From NCBI GenBank assembly GCA_964016885.1, contig OZ024741.1, forward strand, positions 157,418,001 to 157,482,000: a stretch of DNA of 64,000 nucleotides. Direction: 5' to 3'. Within the stretch, counting starts at the first letter, position 1, and every line of letters starts with the position of its first letter. The position numbers and the translations under genes are program-made. The notes beneath the pieces were generated by a model. The model did no database searches. It was given only the letters and a program-made list of their open reading frames with translations, and was not told the origin of the DNA. Positions 14,389 through 27,915 of this stretch are shown here, one piece after another. The stretch comes from Eledone cirrhosa (lineage: Eukaryota).

Positions 14389-14615
14389 AGTAATAATGTG
14401 AAGACTAAAATCCGAAGAGGGCTTGATAAGGATAATATATATATCAAAATATATAAAACCATAGAGAAAATATTTATTAAAATAACAGATTAAAGTTTAA
14501 GCAAAGAATCGCTGCTTTCACCCTTAACAGGATCTTCTGAAACTACAGAAGATCCTGTTAAGGCTGAAAGCAGTGATTCTTTGCTTAAACTTTAATCTGT
14601 TATTTTAATAAATAT
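14389..14615. mobile_element. pLTR-like repeat (family E) with a 70-bp-arm inverted repeat
   Basis: Arms 14470-14539 and 14546-14615; homologous to 42590-42742 and 59793-59949; TA-flanked. Confidence 0.7.
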
Positions 14616-14669
14616 ATATATATATATATGATATTAAACAAATGGAAACTATATTTATAAAACCATATT

Positions 14670-14735
14670 TATTTCATTATACATATTTCGGGGATACCAT
14701 ATTAAAAATATGGCATGCCTTCCTCAGATAAAATA
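14670..14735 (-). ncRNA. Type I minimal hammerhead ribozyme motif (family A)
   Basis: Reverse complement of 14849-14914. Confidence 0.75.
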
Positions 14736-14848
14736 CAATATATAAACAGTTTTATAAATAATTTTGACGTACCAAACCGGCTTCCTATATAACGGTTGCT
14801 CAATATTTATGGTACGTCAAAATTATTTATAAAACTGTTTATATATTG

Positions 14849-14914
14849 TATTTTATCTGAGGAAGGCATGTCATATTTTTAATATGGTATCCCCGAAATA
14901 TGTATAATGAAATA
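14849..14914 (+). ncRNA. Type I minimal hammerhead ribozyme motif (family A)
   Basis: TATTTTAT-CTGAGGA-[A GGCATGTCATATT TTT AATATGGTATCCC C]-GAAA-TATGTA-TA-ATGAAATA. Confidence 0.75.
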
Positions 14915-15213
14915 AATATGGTTTTATAAATATAGTTTCCATTTGTTTAATATCGTATATCTACTCCAAAACTTGTTGAGTGCTTTATATCAGTTATAAA
15001 ATATTTACTTATTGTAACCCAACAATTTTAAATAAAACTTTTGCATTATATATATATATATATATATATCATCGTTTAATGTCCATGTTCTAGTATGGAT
15101 ATATATATATATGTGTGTATATATAAGCAGAAGGGATATTCAATGTGTTGGGATAACTTGAACCGTTAAGGTATATTATCCTTGGTTATGTCAAATATTT
15201 ATAAAACATTTTG

Positions 15214-15274
15214 TATTTTATCTGATGATAGCGTACCAAAATTTTGGTACCCTTGAAATATATATAATAGAATA
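15214..15274 (+). ncRNA. Type I minimal hammerhead ribozyme motif (family A)
   Basis: TATTTTAT-CTGATGA-[T AGCGTACCAAAATTTTGGTACCCT T]-GAAA-TATATA-TA-ATAGAATA. Confidence 0.8.
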
Positions 15275-15334
15275 AATATGGTTTTATAAATATAGTTTCC
15301 ATTTATTTAATATCAATGTATGTGTATATATATC

Positions 15335-15673
15335 CAGGGAGTGTAACGTGAAGTTACTGTCGGTTCACCCAGGTGAGCACTCGATGTTTAGGTTCACGTC
15401 AGTGGCGAGGTGTAGAGCTATACAGAGAGTAATATAATACTACAAGGACGATTTGTTATGTCTTCATTACGTTTATTGATTGGTGATGCAAGTTTCACTA
15501 TTGATCAGCTCAAGATTCAATCTGTCATTACAACAGCAGAGGTCCAACAAGCTTTTGATTCCAGAGTCGGGCCAGATTAATACAGATCGAACCTTGAGCT
15601 GATCAATAGTGAAACACGCGTCACCAATCAATAAATATAATGAAGGCTTAATAAATTGTCCTTGTATTATTAT
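15335..15673. mobile_element. pLTR-like element (family C), imperfect inverted repeat with the 3' half of a hammerhead
   Basis: Arms ~15434-15525 and ~15582-15673; GAAA-CACGCG-TC; shares CAGAGTCGGG...CCTTGAGCTGAT and CATCGAGTGCTCA with 43508-43790. Confidence 0.65.
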
Positions 15674-15720
<47 letters not shown>

Positions 15721-16502
15721 GCAAATGGGGGTATTAAACCCCCCAGGGGCATTAAGTTCCACCACACTACAAATGCATTATATTTATACTTGGCTGATCA
15801 GCCAAGTATAAATATAATGCCAAGAACTGATCAGAATGTTTTTCTTGAAAAGGAAGTTATATGAAGACCAATGAATTGAAGTGTTACAATTTCTGCCAAA
15901 ATTTGAATCTGCAGCTCTTCATTGTATAATTACAATGTGTCAGATCTTCTCTGTCTTTGGAGTTCAGTTATATCTACAACTTCTGTTTTCACCATTTCAC
16001 TGTTTACAGATTTAAAAAAATTGTCAGAAGTCTGTTAAAGTACTAAGGCAAGTTCTTATACTTGAGTACTTGGGTTTACTATTTAGATAAATAAGACATG
16101 AGTAAGAGTAGTGTTTGTCAAATTAAATCTAATTAGGGATAAAGAAAAAAATGGCCACTGTAGTAAGGATATTTTTAGGATCCCAAACTGGGTGATACAA
16201 ATAATCAGAAAATATGCATGGTGGCTGTTTTTGTTTTCTTCAGGTATAGTATAAATATAAATGAGCATTTTTTTTTCTATAGCCTAACATTTTATTTGAA
16301 AATGTCTGGTGCCTAATGCCCCCAAGAGATTTCTTTTAGTCATAAATGTTGTCTAAAGCTGTCAGAATGTACAAACACTCAGGTAAAATTGGATTGTGGG
16401 ACATTTATACCTACATACAAGCAAAGAAACATTCCTTGCTTGGTTTATTTAGTTTTTATTGTAGAAATAATAATAAAAATGTCGCCATTTGTTTCCCTTC
16501 AG

Positions 16503-16888
16503 ATGGTACAACATTATAAGAAGCCTAAGGGTGGCAGGAAAAACTCTGCAAATAGTCAGGAAATGGCTGATGCCTACAACTCAGTAATGAAGGAGAAGAT
16601 GTCAGCTAATCAGGCAACTAAATACTTAGGTGTTTGTAAGAAGTCTCTTCTGAGGAGGGTTATAGAAAAAATTCCAATTAATGTGCATGAGGGAAGGACA
16701 TGCAATTTATCCCCTGATCAAGAGTTGGAGTTCGCAGAATGCTTGAAACTTTTCACGAAATGGGGATGTGACTTCAACAAGGCTGAGGTTAAGGTTCTGG
16801 TTCAGGATTTGTGCACACATCATTGTATGAAGATCCCTTCACAATTACCCAGGCTGTGATTGGTTGGATGGATTTTTACGATGTCACT
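16503..16888 (+). pseudogene. pogo/Tigger-like transposase N-terminus remnant (psq-type and CENP-B-type HTH)
   Basis: MVQHYKKPKGGRK...MSANQATKYLGVCKKSLLRR...LSPDQELEFAECLK...WG, then [13 protein letters not shown] in another frame; cut by (TA)n. Confidence 0.65.
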
Positions 16889-16943
16889 CATATATATATA
16901 TATATATATGTTCATATACACATATATATATATATATTCAGAT

Positions 16944-16984
<41 letters not shown>

Positions 16985-17009
16985 GATACACATATATATA
17001 TATTCAGAT

Positions 17010-17044
<35 letters not shown>

Positions 17045-17268
17045 GATACACATATATATATATTCAGATACACACACACACATATATATATATGCGTGTG
17101 TTCCTATACGCACATATATAAAATCATGCTAACATGGAAAATGGATGTTAAACGATGATGATGATATGTGTGTGTTTATATGTACGCATATACGTATATA
17201 TAAATGGATGTTAAACGATGATGATGATATGTGTGTGTTTATATGTACGCATATACGTATATATAGAT

Positions 17269-17601
17269 GGAGGCACATGGCTTAGTGGTTAGAGCATTGG
17301 GCTTGCAATCGAAAGGTTGTGAGTTCAATACTCAGACCGGGTGATGTGTTGTTTCCTTGAGCAAGACACTTTATTTCACATTGCTCCAGTTTACTCAGCT
17401 GTAGAAATGAGATGATAGGGACTGAGGTCCCTATCATTCCACTGTAAAGTGGTCGTGGAGGTGCCACGGCAAAAAAGCACCCAGCACTCACTGTAAATGA
17501 GGTTGGTGTTAGGAAGGGCATCCAGCTGTAGAAATCAAGCCAGAATCAGTTCCCGTCCCACCCTTGCAAGCAGGGAAAAGCAGACGTAAAATGATGATGA
17601 T
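17269..17601 (+). mobile_element. tRNA-derived SINE with an RTE-type 3' tail
   Basis: A box TGGCTTAGTGG; B-box-like GAGTTCAATAC; core CCTTGAGCAAGACACTT; tail matches LINE end 47331-47383; (GAT)n. Confidence 0.88.
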
Positions 17602-18012
17602 ACATATAGGAAAGAGAGGGAAACCATATCCAAAAAGGGTTGAGAGTATTCTTTAGTTGTGTCAATGGCACTACAATCTCTGTAGTGCTGAAGTTCAAAT
17701 AAAATGTGTGCAGTACACACTGTAAACTAATTGGTGATAAAGGAATAAGAACACTATCTAAATTGTACTGAGGACCCTTCAATTATGTCAAGGTCATGAC
17801 CCCTTTCCTACTGTTGGTGATACCAGAAATCACACTCAGTACATTCTGTAGTGTCGGAATGTATGTAAGCAAGGGGGTGGTTAAGGAAACATTTGAAAAT
17901 ATAGTCCTTCCTACATACAACTTTAAAAGCATGGGATGGTCTGTTTGATCAGTTTTATTGTTTATGGTAAACTATGAATTTCTCATAAATAGCCAGGTAA
18001 GCATTAATTTAC

Positions 18013-18080
18013 TTGTAAGTCAGGTGAAAAGTAAGTAACGCCAGTGCATGTCCCATTGTGAGATTAACTGCAAGATCTTC
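18013..18080 (-). CDS. Candidate host coding exon (68 nt, EDLAVNLTMGHALALLTFHLTY)
   Basis: TTTCTTTCAG acceptor, GTAAAT donor, open frame, unique sequence; protein not recognised. Confidence 0.35.
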
Positions 18081-19165
18081 CTGAAAGAAAGTTCATATAA
18101 CAGCCTCTATGATATATATTACAAAATATATCACTGATGTTTATTACTTACAGATGCTATCTGCATGAAAAAATAGTATTTAAGTTAAGGGTTAACGTAT
18201 TTAATGTGGTGAACTTTTAAAATCTAATTTAACACTTTCATTTCTTTATTTCTAGTGAAAGATGCTGCCTGATTTCCATTTAATTTCAAGTACAATAAAA
18301 AATTTGAATGGATTTAATAAAATATGTTTTTTTCATTATTAAGCTGGTGTTTTCAATGTAACTTATCAAAAATTCTTCTATAAAATTCTAATGGAAGATA
18401 CTTTAGATAAATATAAAAACTTTAAAACAAATACTTTTGTAGAACTAGAAATATGAAAGACAACTATGTTGTTTCCATCTCAATGGACCTCCTTAGTGAA
18501 GCATAAAATTTACACTACTTGCTGAAAGTAGTAATGAAAGAATCACCAAGAAGATATACTCAATGCATCAATCCTTTTGATAGCAAATCACTTAAAATGA
18601 TCCATACTTCTACAATACAAAACTGTTTAATATGAAGTGTTTATATTTATCTAAAAACCTTCCATCATAGTGAGAAAATGATTTTACTAAATCCCTCTGA
18701 ATTCTTGATTATTTTCAAAATTATTTGGAAATAATAGACAGTGTCATCCATTAGAAATATGGTAACAAAAGATAAAATGTACATGTGTCTGTGGAAATCA
18801 CAGCCACTTATATGCTAGTTTAGTTTATTTAGCAATTTTACATATTTGAAGCTAATTTGTTCATAAGACATACTGAATTTAATAACAAAAATAGCTGTTA
18901 GAATCATATTGCATCTGTTTTTAGTTAGATTTTATCCCACAGCATACTCCACTGCCACCTACTGATAACATTCTATGGAAAGGGTTAATGTTCTGCTTCT
19001 GAAAGTTGTGAATTAAAATAACATAAGATTTTACACTTTATTCTTATCTTTTTATAGCTTCTGTTTATTTACAGTGGCCAAACTGAAGCACATCTTTTAA
19101 TGATTTTAACAGATCAAATTGATCCCAGTTTACAGATTTTTTTCAAACGTGGTAGTTATTTATTG

Positions 19166-19206
<41 letters not shown>

Positions 19207-19207
<1 letters not shown>

Positions 19208-19714
19208 GGCTGCAACTCAATTTTGAGTAATGCCATCGCTTGATACTTAAGCATGAGTATCATGGATGTGGCTTTTTAGTCATGCTAAGGACTTACCTAA
19301 GGCCAACAATACCATGCATCGCAAAAAATGTCACATATCAAGCGATGCCTGTGCTTGAAGTTTTTTTAAGTCAGGAAAGGCTTTGTACGAGCCCAATCCC
19401 ACTTTCTGAACGTCAAATGCATTTGCCGAAAAAGAAGAACTGGTCTACATCATTGGATGCAAACTAAGTCACATGTTTTATATCAGAGTGGCTTTATCCT
19501 AGAAAGATGTTTTAATGAAGACTCGGAGTCTCTCGCACCACAAAAAAATACTTTATTGGATGGCCGTTGACTCTCTTTAGCCCCTCTGCCCTTTCACAGG
19601 TTTTGTTTTTCATCCCACGGGGTGTCCAAAATCACCCTCCTCACCAAGCAGGCTTGGTGAGGTTCCCAGTTTAGTCACTAACAACCCAACCATGCACAAA
19701 GTGTACAGGGTTAC
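19207..19714 (-). mobile_element. Diverged relative of the non-autonomous retroposon at 23671-24254
   Basis: Shares TCACCCTCCTCACCAAG...CTTGGTG...CCAGTTTAGTC and the terminal TGGCTGCAACTC; TA-flanked. Confidence 0.6.
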
Positions 19715-20208
19715 ATACATACATATACACATATGCATATATATGTATGCATATATATATATATATATACACACACATATATAGAGAGCAGTTTAATATA
19801 GAAATGACTTCTACAGGACTAGAACTGTTTCATGTTTGGAATGCCCTGATGATTGCATCTGAATGAAACACTTCTAGTCATGTTGGAGTCATTTCTATAT
19901 TAAACCTTTGTCATCACTCTACTTATTTATGTGTATATATATATATGCATACATATACACACATACATATATATGTGTGTATATACATATATATACATAT
20001 ACATTCATAAATATATACACATATACATATATATATATATATATATATAAACATATATACATATATACATATACATACATAAATATATACACATATACAC
20101 ACATATATATATATATATATATACATATATACATATTCAAATATACATTTATATATACACATATGTATATACACATATACATATGTTGATGCTTATAACA
20201 ATATTTAA

Positions 20209-20274
20209 ATTCCTGAAGATAAATAGATTGGTGGACAAATAGCCTGCTGTTATACATTGAAATTTATGTAGGAT
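20209..20274 (+). ncRNA. Decayed hammerhead motif in a TA-flanked island (20184-20316)
   Basis: ATTC-CTGAAGA-[39-nt imperfect hairpin]-GAAA-TTTATG-TA-GGAT. Confidence 0.45.
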
Positions 20275-20419
20275 AAAATTGTTGTAAGTCTAACTTAGTT
20301 ATTCTCTCTCAATTTATACATATATATACACACACACACATATATATATATATATATTTATACATATATATATACACACACATATATATATATACACATA
20401 TATATATATATATATACAC

Positions 20420-20452
<33 letters not shown>

Positions 20453-20479
20453 TATACACACACACACATATATATACAC

Positions 20480-20510
<31 letters not shown>

Positions 20511-20729
20511 TATACACACACACACACATATATATACACATATATATATATATATATACACATATATATACACACACACACATATATATACACATATATA
20601 TATATATATATATACACATATATATACACACACACACATATATATACACATATATATATATATACACATATATATACACACACACACATATATATACACA
20701 TATATATATATATATATACACATATATAT

Positions 20730-20763
<34 letters not shown>

Positions 20764-20764
<1 letters not shown>

Positions 20765-20925
20765 ACGAAGGAAATGTGGTAAGGAACCAGGTGGACCATA
20801 ACGCACCAAAGTACTCAATACTTGAGGTAGTAGAGTGGGTAATAGGAACCAGTAAGACCCCGACAGCTGAGCTCAAGCCGTTTCGACGAAACGGCTTGAG
20901 CTCAGCTGTCGGGGTCTTACTGGTT

Positions 20926-20930
<5 letters not shown>
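20764..20930. mobile_element. pLTR-like element (family B) with a perfect 44-bp-arm palindrome
   Basis: Arms 20842-20885 and 20887-20930; GAAA-CGGCTTGAGCTCAGCTG-TC is a hammerhead stem III with GUC; homologs at 43873-44165 and 58726-59068. Confidence 0.75.
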
Positions 20931-21003
<73 letters not shown>

Positions 21004-21006
21004 TAT

Positions 21007-21047
<41 letters not shown>

Positions 21048-21180
21048 TATACAAACACACACACACATATATATATATATACACATATATATACAAACAC
21101 ACACACATATATATATATATATACATATATATACACACACACACGCACACACGCATATATATATATATACACATATATAT

Positions 21181-21215
<35 letters not shown>

Positions 21216-21226
21216 CACATATATAT

Positions 21227-21261
<35 letters not shown>

Positions 21262-21376
21262 CACATATATATACACACACACACACACACATATATATAC
21301 ACATATATACACACACACACACACATATATATACACATATATATACACACACACACATATATATATACACATATAT

Positions 21377-23058
21377 AGAAAACTAGGTGTTGACGAATGG
21401 CTTGTGAGAGCTATACAAGCCATGTATAAAGAAACAGTCAGTAAGGTTAGAATTAACAACGAATATAGTGAAGAGTTTAGCGTAAAAGTTGGTGTCCATC
21501 AGGGCTCTGTTCTTAGCCCCCTACTATTTATTATTGCCCTTCAGGCTATAACAGAGGAGTTCAAGACAGGCTGCCCATGGGAACTCCTATACGCAGATGA
21601 TCTAACGTTCATAGCTGAATCAATGACCGAACTAGAGAAGAAATTCCAAACGTGGAAGCACGGCCTAGAATCAAAAGGCCTTAAAATTAACCTGGCTAAG
21701 ACTAAAGTTCTAGTTTGTAGGAAAGAAAATAAGGCGGCGGTCCCATCGAGGAAATGGCCATGCTCAGTGTGTAGGAAAGGCGTAGGTAGAAACTCCATTT
21801 TATGTCCCAAATGCAAAGTATGGGTGCATAAAAGATGTAGTGGGATCACAGGTAAGCTAACTAAGAACATAGATTTTACATGTGGCCGGTGCTCTGGTGC
21901 AATAAGTAGCAGCAAGTGCCCACAAAATACTAGCTCCTTCAACTGCGCAGAGGGTTCTATAGAAATAGTGGACAGCTTCCGTTATCTGGGTGACAAAATC
22001 AGCAGTGGTGGAGGATGCTCCGAAAGTACAGTAGCTAGAGTCAGAACTGGATGAAAAAAGTTCAGAGAGCTTATACCACTATTAGCCGCTAGAGGGTTCT
22101 CCCTAAAAATGAAAGGCAGGTTATATGATGCCTGCATACGAACAGCAATGCTGCATGGCAGTGAGACCTGGGCATTGTGTGCAGAGGATATACGCAGACT
22201 AGAGAGGAACGAAGCTTGCATGCTCCGCTGGATGTGCAATAGTAATATACGTGAACGGCAAAGCATAAACGAACTAAGGAAAAAATTAGAAATAAGAGGG
22301 ATCAGATGTTGTTTACTCGAGAGAAGGCTACGTTGGTACGGTCACGTGATGCGCATGAAAGACGACAGCTGTATAACAAAGTGCAGGGCAATAAAGATAG
22401 ACGGTAGCCACGGAGTAGGCAGACCCAGAAAAACATGGGACGAGCTGATAAATTCCGACCTCACACGCTTACATCTCTCCAAGACAATGTCACTGGACCG
22501 AGACCTTTGGCGGTACTCAGTAATAGAGAAGACCCGCCTTACCTAAATACAAAGTAAAAACCTACTACAGTCAGTAGGCATCTCTATCAAAACACACCCC
22601 CCGTCCCACCACCTCCACCCCACCCACACCGCCCCTTTCAATGTAAAGTTATGTTGGTCCCACAACATCCAGGCCGAAACAAATGAGATCGTGTAGGTGT
22701 GACGACAAAAAACACACAGTCCACGCTGTAAATGTGGCCGTGTAGGCAACACGGTAAAAACCTCCCAGCCCCACACTGTAAATGTGGTTGGTGTTAGGAA
22801 GGGCATCCAGCTGTAGAAAACCCGCCAGACAGTCCACGCTGTAATGTGGCCGTGTAGGCAACACGGTAAAAACCTCCCAGCCCCACACTGTAAATGTGGT
22901 TGGTGTTAGGAAGGGCATCCAACTGTAGAAAAGCCGCCAGACAGTCCTATGCGAGCAAGACAACCACTCTTGCCTCAAGTGGGAAAACCCCCGTCCAAAC
23001 CCATGCAAGCGTCGAACATGGACGCTAAACCTGATGATGATGATGATGATGATGATGA
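21377..23058 (+). mobile_element. RTE-clade LINE, subfamily 1, 5'-truncated
   Basis: RT C-terminal half with one in-frame TGA at 22052; duplicated 3'UTR module; (GAT)n tail. Confidence 0.92.
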
Positions 23059-23199
23059 TACACACGCACACATATATATATACACATATATATACACACA
23101 CATACACATATATATATACACATATATACACACACACATATACACACACATATATATATACACATATATACACACACACATATATATATATACATATAT

Positions 23200-23244
<45 letters not shown>

Positions 23245-23247
23245 TAT

Positions 23248-23290
<43 letters not shown>

Positions 23291-23311
23291 TATATACACA
23301 CATATATATAT

Positions 23312-23344
<33 letters not shown>

Positions 23345-23402
23345 GTATTAGCAGTCTCTCGGCTGAAAAGGAGGTCATATAACTGTCCATGCATTAATAA
23401 AT

Positions 23403-23449
23403 TGCTCCGAAGAATCCAAACCTCGGTTTGGAGGAAACAGCTGTAAGCA
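23403..23449 (+). ncRNA. Hammerhead motif with a variant core (CCGAAGA)
   Basis: TGCT-CCGAAGA-[A TCCAAACC TC GGTTTGGA G]-GAAA-CAGCTG-TA-AGCA, in TA-flanked island 23343-23490. Confidence 0.65.
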
Positions 23450-23670
23450 CAATAATGTTTTGAACAGTTCTTTGATTCTTATATTTCATATATATATATA
23501 TATATATACACATATATATATATACACACATATATATACATATATATATATATACACACATATATATATACACACACATACATATAAATATATATATATA
23601 CACATACGTATATACACACATACGTATATACACACACATACATATAAATATATATATATACACATATATA

Positions 23671-24254
23671 TGGTGGCTGCCAACTCGTTTTTGAGTACGG
23701 CCACTACTTTATATCCATGTAGGAGAACCCCTACCGATGCGCTGAACGAGTGTGACTTTTTAGTCCAGCCAGCGACTTGAAAACTCTGGTACAAACACTA
23801 AACTTGTGACAATTACTGACACATAGTGCTGGGCCCATGGTACCATGTGACGACAAGTGCAGAGAGATCTCCAGATATAAAGCAATGCCTGTGCCGTGAA
23901 GCTTTTATAGTGAGCAAAGGCACTGCACAAAGCCAGTCCCACTCTCTTAACCAAGATGATATTTACCAAAAAGAAGAACAAGTCAACATCATTGGATACC
24001 ATCAGGGTTGCAGGTGTTATATCAGAGTTTTCCTTCTCCTAGAATTCTGCCTTGACAAAGGCTAAGGGGTCATCTCTCCCGGTGATTTTGGATGGCCATT
24101 GACTCTTAAGAGCTCCTTTGCCCTTTGACAGGTTTTGTTTTTAGTCCTGCAGGATGTCCAAAGTCACCCTCCTCACCAAGAAACCTTGGTGGGGTTGCCA
24201 GTTTAGTCGCCAACGACCCGACCATGGGACAGGTTGTACTGGGATACATGTTAC
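23671..24254 (-). mobile_element. Non-autonomous retroposon, probably RTE-derived
   Basis: Near-identical copy at 27916-28441; minus strand has CTAGGAGAAGGAAAACTCTGA (resembles an RTE 5'UTR motif) and a 3' stem-loop; no credible ORF; TA-flanked. Confidence 0.6.
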
Positions 24255-24287
<33 letters not shown>

Positions 24288-24302
24288 TATATATATATAT
24301 AT

Positions 24303-24333
<31 letters not shown>

Positions 24334-24356
24334 CATATATATATACATATATATAC

Positions 24357-24394
<38 letters not shown>

Positions 24395-24619
24395 ATATAT
24401 ACATATATATATACACACACACACATATATATACACATATATATATAGATATAGATAGGTAAATATACACGGGTGTGTATGATTGTGTATAGAAGATTAT
24501 ATTAATAAGAGGAATTCCAACTTTGTCTGATTTACTCGTTTTATTTACAATCCTTTAAAATATATATAATGGTATTATAATGAAATAGTATGATAGAATA
24601 TTAAATTCTAAGTGTTAAT

Positions 24620-24658
24620 TGAACAAGTACTTTCATGCTTTCGCAATCTTCAGGTTCA
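24620..24658 (-). ncRNA. Type I minimal hammerhead ribozyme motif (family F)
   Basis: Reverse complement of 25318-25356. Confidence 0.78.
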
Positions 24659-25317
24659 TGATATGTGGTGACAGTCGAGTTTGCAATTTTCAACTGTAAT
24701 GAGATGGGTAAATTTCCTACCTTTTATACATTTTATACAGAGAAAAGTGGCTCCAGAATGCAAAGCCCTGTAAACTGTATTTCGACCAATCAGTGTGTAG
24801 TTTCACTGAATTACTACAGCTGATTGGTTTAAGCGTCACGGCTGGTTGAACATGCTAACGACCAATAGTCATATCCAACGTATCAATTGTTTTGCTTTTT
24901 TGAAATGATGAAAATAGCATTTTCTATTAATCATCACCATCAACATCACTTTTATTATTATTATTATTGTTGTTGTTGTTGTTGTTAGTGGTCGTGGTCA
25001 TAGTGGTAGTAGAAGTAATAATAAAAGTGATGTTGATGGTGATGATTAATAGAAAATGCTATTTTCATCATTTCAAAAAAGCAAAACAATTGATACGTTG
25101 GATATGACTATTGGTCGTTAGCATGTTCAACCAGCCGTGACGCTTAAACCAATCAGCTGTAGTAATTCAGTGAAACTACACACTGATTGGTCGAAATACA
25201 GTTTACAGGGCTTTGCATTCTGGAGCCACTTTTCTCTGTATAAAATGTATAAAAGGTAGGAAATTTACCCATCTCATTACAGTTGAAAATTGCAAACTCG
25301 ACTGTCACCACATATCA

Positions 25318-25356
25318 TGAACCTGAAGATTGCGAAAGCATGAAAGTACTTGTTCA
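25318..25356 (+). ncRNA. Type I minimal hammerhead ribozyme motif (family F)
   Basis: TGAAC-CTGAAGA-[T TGC GAAA GCA T]-GAAA-GTAC-TT-GTTCA. Confidence 0.78.
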
Positions 25357-25476
25357 ATTAACACTTAGAATTTAATATTCTATCATACTATTTCATTATA
25401 ATACCATTATATATATTTTAAAGGATTGTAAATAAAACAAGTAAATCAGACAAAGTTGGAATTCCTCTTATTAATA

Positions 25477-25709
25477 CACATATATATATACACATATATA
25501 CACACATATATATATACATATATATACACATATATATATACATATATATACACACATATATATACACATATATATACACATATATATATACATATATATA
25601 CACACATATATACACACATATATATACACATATATACACACATATATATACACATATATATACACATATATATACACATATATATACACACATATATACA
25701 CATATATAT

Positions 25710-25760
<51 letters not shown>

Positions 25761-26035
25761 TATATATATATATACACATATATATATACACATGCATATA
25801 TATACACACATATATATATACACACATATATATATATACACATATATATATATACACATATATATATATACACATATATATATACACACATATATATATA
25901 CACACATATATATATATACACACATATATATATACACACATATATATATACACACATATATATATACACACATATATATATACACATATATATATACACA
26001 TATATATATATACAGATATATATATATACACATAC

Positions 26036-26072
<37 letters not shown>

Positions 26073-26247
26073 CATTCATATATATATACACATATATATA
26101 TATACAGATATATATATATACACATACATATATATACATACATATATATACATTCATATATATATACACATACATATATATATATATACAGATATATATA
26201 TACACATACATGTATATATATATATACAGATATATATATACACATAC

Positions 26248-26286
<39 letters not shown>

Positions 26287-26647
26287 CACATATATATACA
26301 TACATATATATATACACATACATATATATATATACATACATATATATATACACATACATATATATATATATATACATATATATATACACACACACATATA
26401 TATATATATATACATATATATATACACACACATATATATATACACATATATATATACACATGTATATATATAGACATATATATATATATATACATATATA
26501 TACACATATATATATACATATATATACACACATATATATACACATATATATACACATATATATATACTTATATATACACACATATATATACACATATATA
26601 CACATATATATACACATATATATACACACATATATACACATATATAT

Positions 26648-26696
<49 letters not shown>

Positions 26697-26991
26697 TATA
26701 TATATACACATATATATACACATGCATATATATACACACATATATATATACACACATATATATATATACACATATATATATACACATATATATATACACA
26801 TATATATATACACACATATATATATACACACATATATATACACACATATATATACACACACATATATATATATACACACATATATATATATACACAGATA
26901 TATATATACACATATATATATACACACATATATATATACACATATATATATACACATATATATATATACAGATATATATATATACACATAC

Positions 26992-27042
<51 letters not shown>

Positions 27043-27915
27043 CATTCATATATATATACACATATATATTTATATATATACAGATATATATATACACACA
27101 TACATATATATACATACATATATATACATTCATATATATATACACATATATATTTATATATATACAGATATATATATACACATACATGTATATATATATA
27201 TACAGATATATATATACACATACATATATATACATACATATATATACATACACATATATACATACACACATATATATATATATACACACATATATATATA
27301 TACACACATATATATACACACATACATATTTATATATATACACACATATATATACACACATACATATATATATATATACATATATATATATACACATATA
27401 TATACACATATATATATATATATATACACATATATATACACACACATATATATATATACACATATATATATATACACATATATATATATACACATATATA
27501 TACACACATATATATATACACATATATATACACACATACATATATATATATATTTACACATATATATACACACATACATATATATATATATACACATATA
27601 TATACAAAAATACATATATATATATATACACATATATATACACACATACATATATATATACACATATATACACACATACATATATATATATATATATACA
27701 CATATATATACACACACATATATATACACATATATATACACATATAGATACACACATACATATATATATACACATACATATACACACATACATATATATA
27801 TATACACATATATATATACACATATACATATATATATACACATATATATACACACATACATATATATATACATATATATATATACACATATATATATACA
27901 CATACATATATATAT
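25477..27915. repeat. ~2.4-kb compound (TA)n/(CA)n microsatellite
   Basis: Direct reading; recurring variant words suggest higher-order duplication. Confidence 0.95.

Larger units (their letters stand above)
14630..15046. mobile_element. pLTR-like element (family A) as an inverted repeat, 145-bp arms, one hammerhead per arm
   Basis: Arms 14630-14774 and 14810-14954; plus arm continues to ~15046; TA-flanked. Confidence 0.8.
24500..25476. mobile_element. 977-bp inverted repeat of a pLTR-like element (family F), 461-bp arms
   Basis: Arms 24500-24960 and 25016-25476, one mismatch seen; each arm has CCAAT and TATAAAA motifs followed by a hammerhead. Confidence 0.88.

Noticed and set aside
17269-17340. 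tRNA gene
   Set aside because: tRNA-like head of a multi-copy SINE continuing into core and tail
19791-19905. Imperfect hairpin with CTGATGA...GAAA near its centre
   Set aside because: Stems I and II pair poorly; possibly an old decayed ribozyme element but not supportable as a ribozyme
24100-24254. HDV-like ribozyme at the 5' end of the RTE-derived retroposon
   Set aside because: Could not build the nested double pseudoknot by eye
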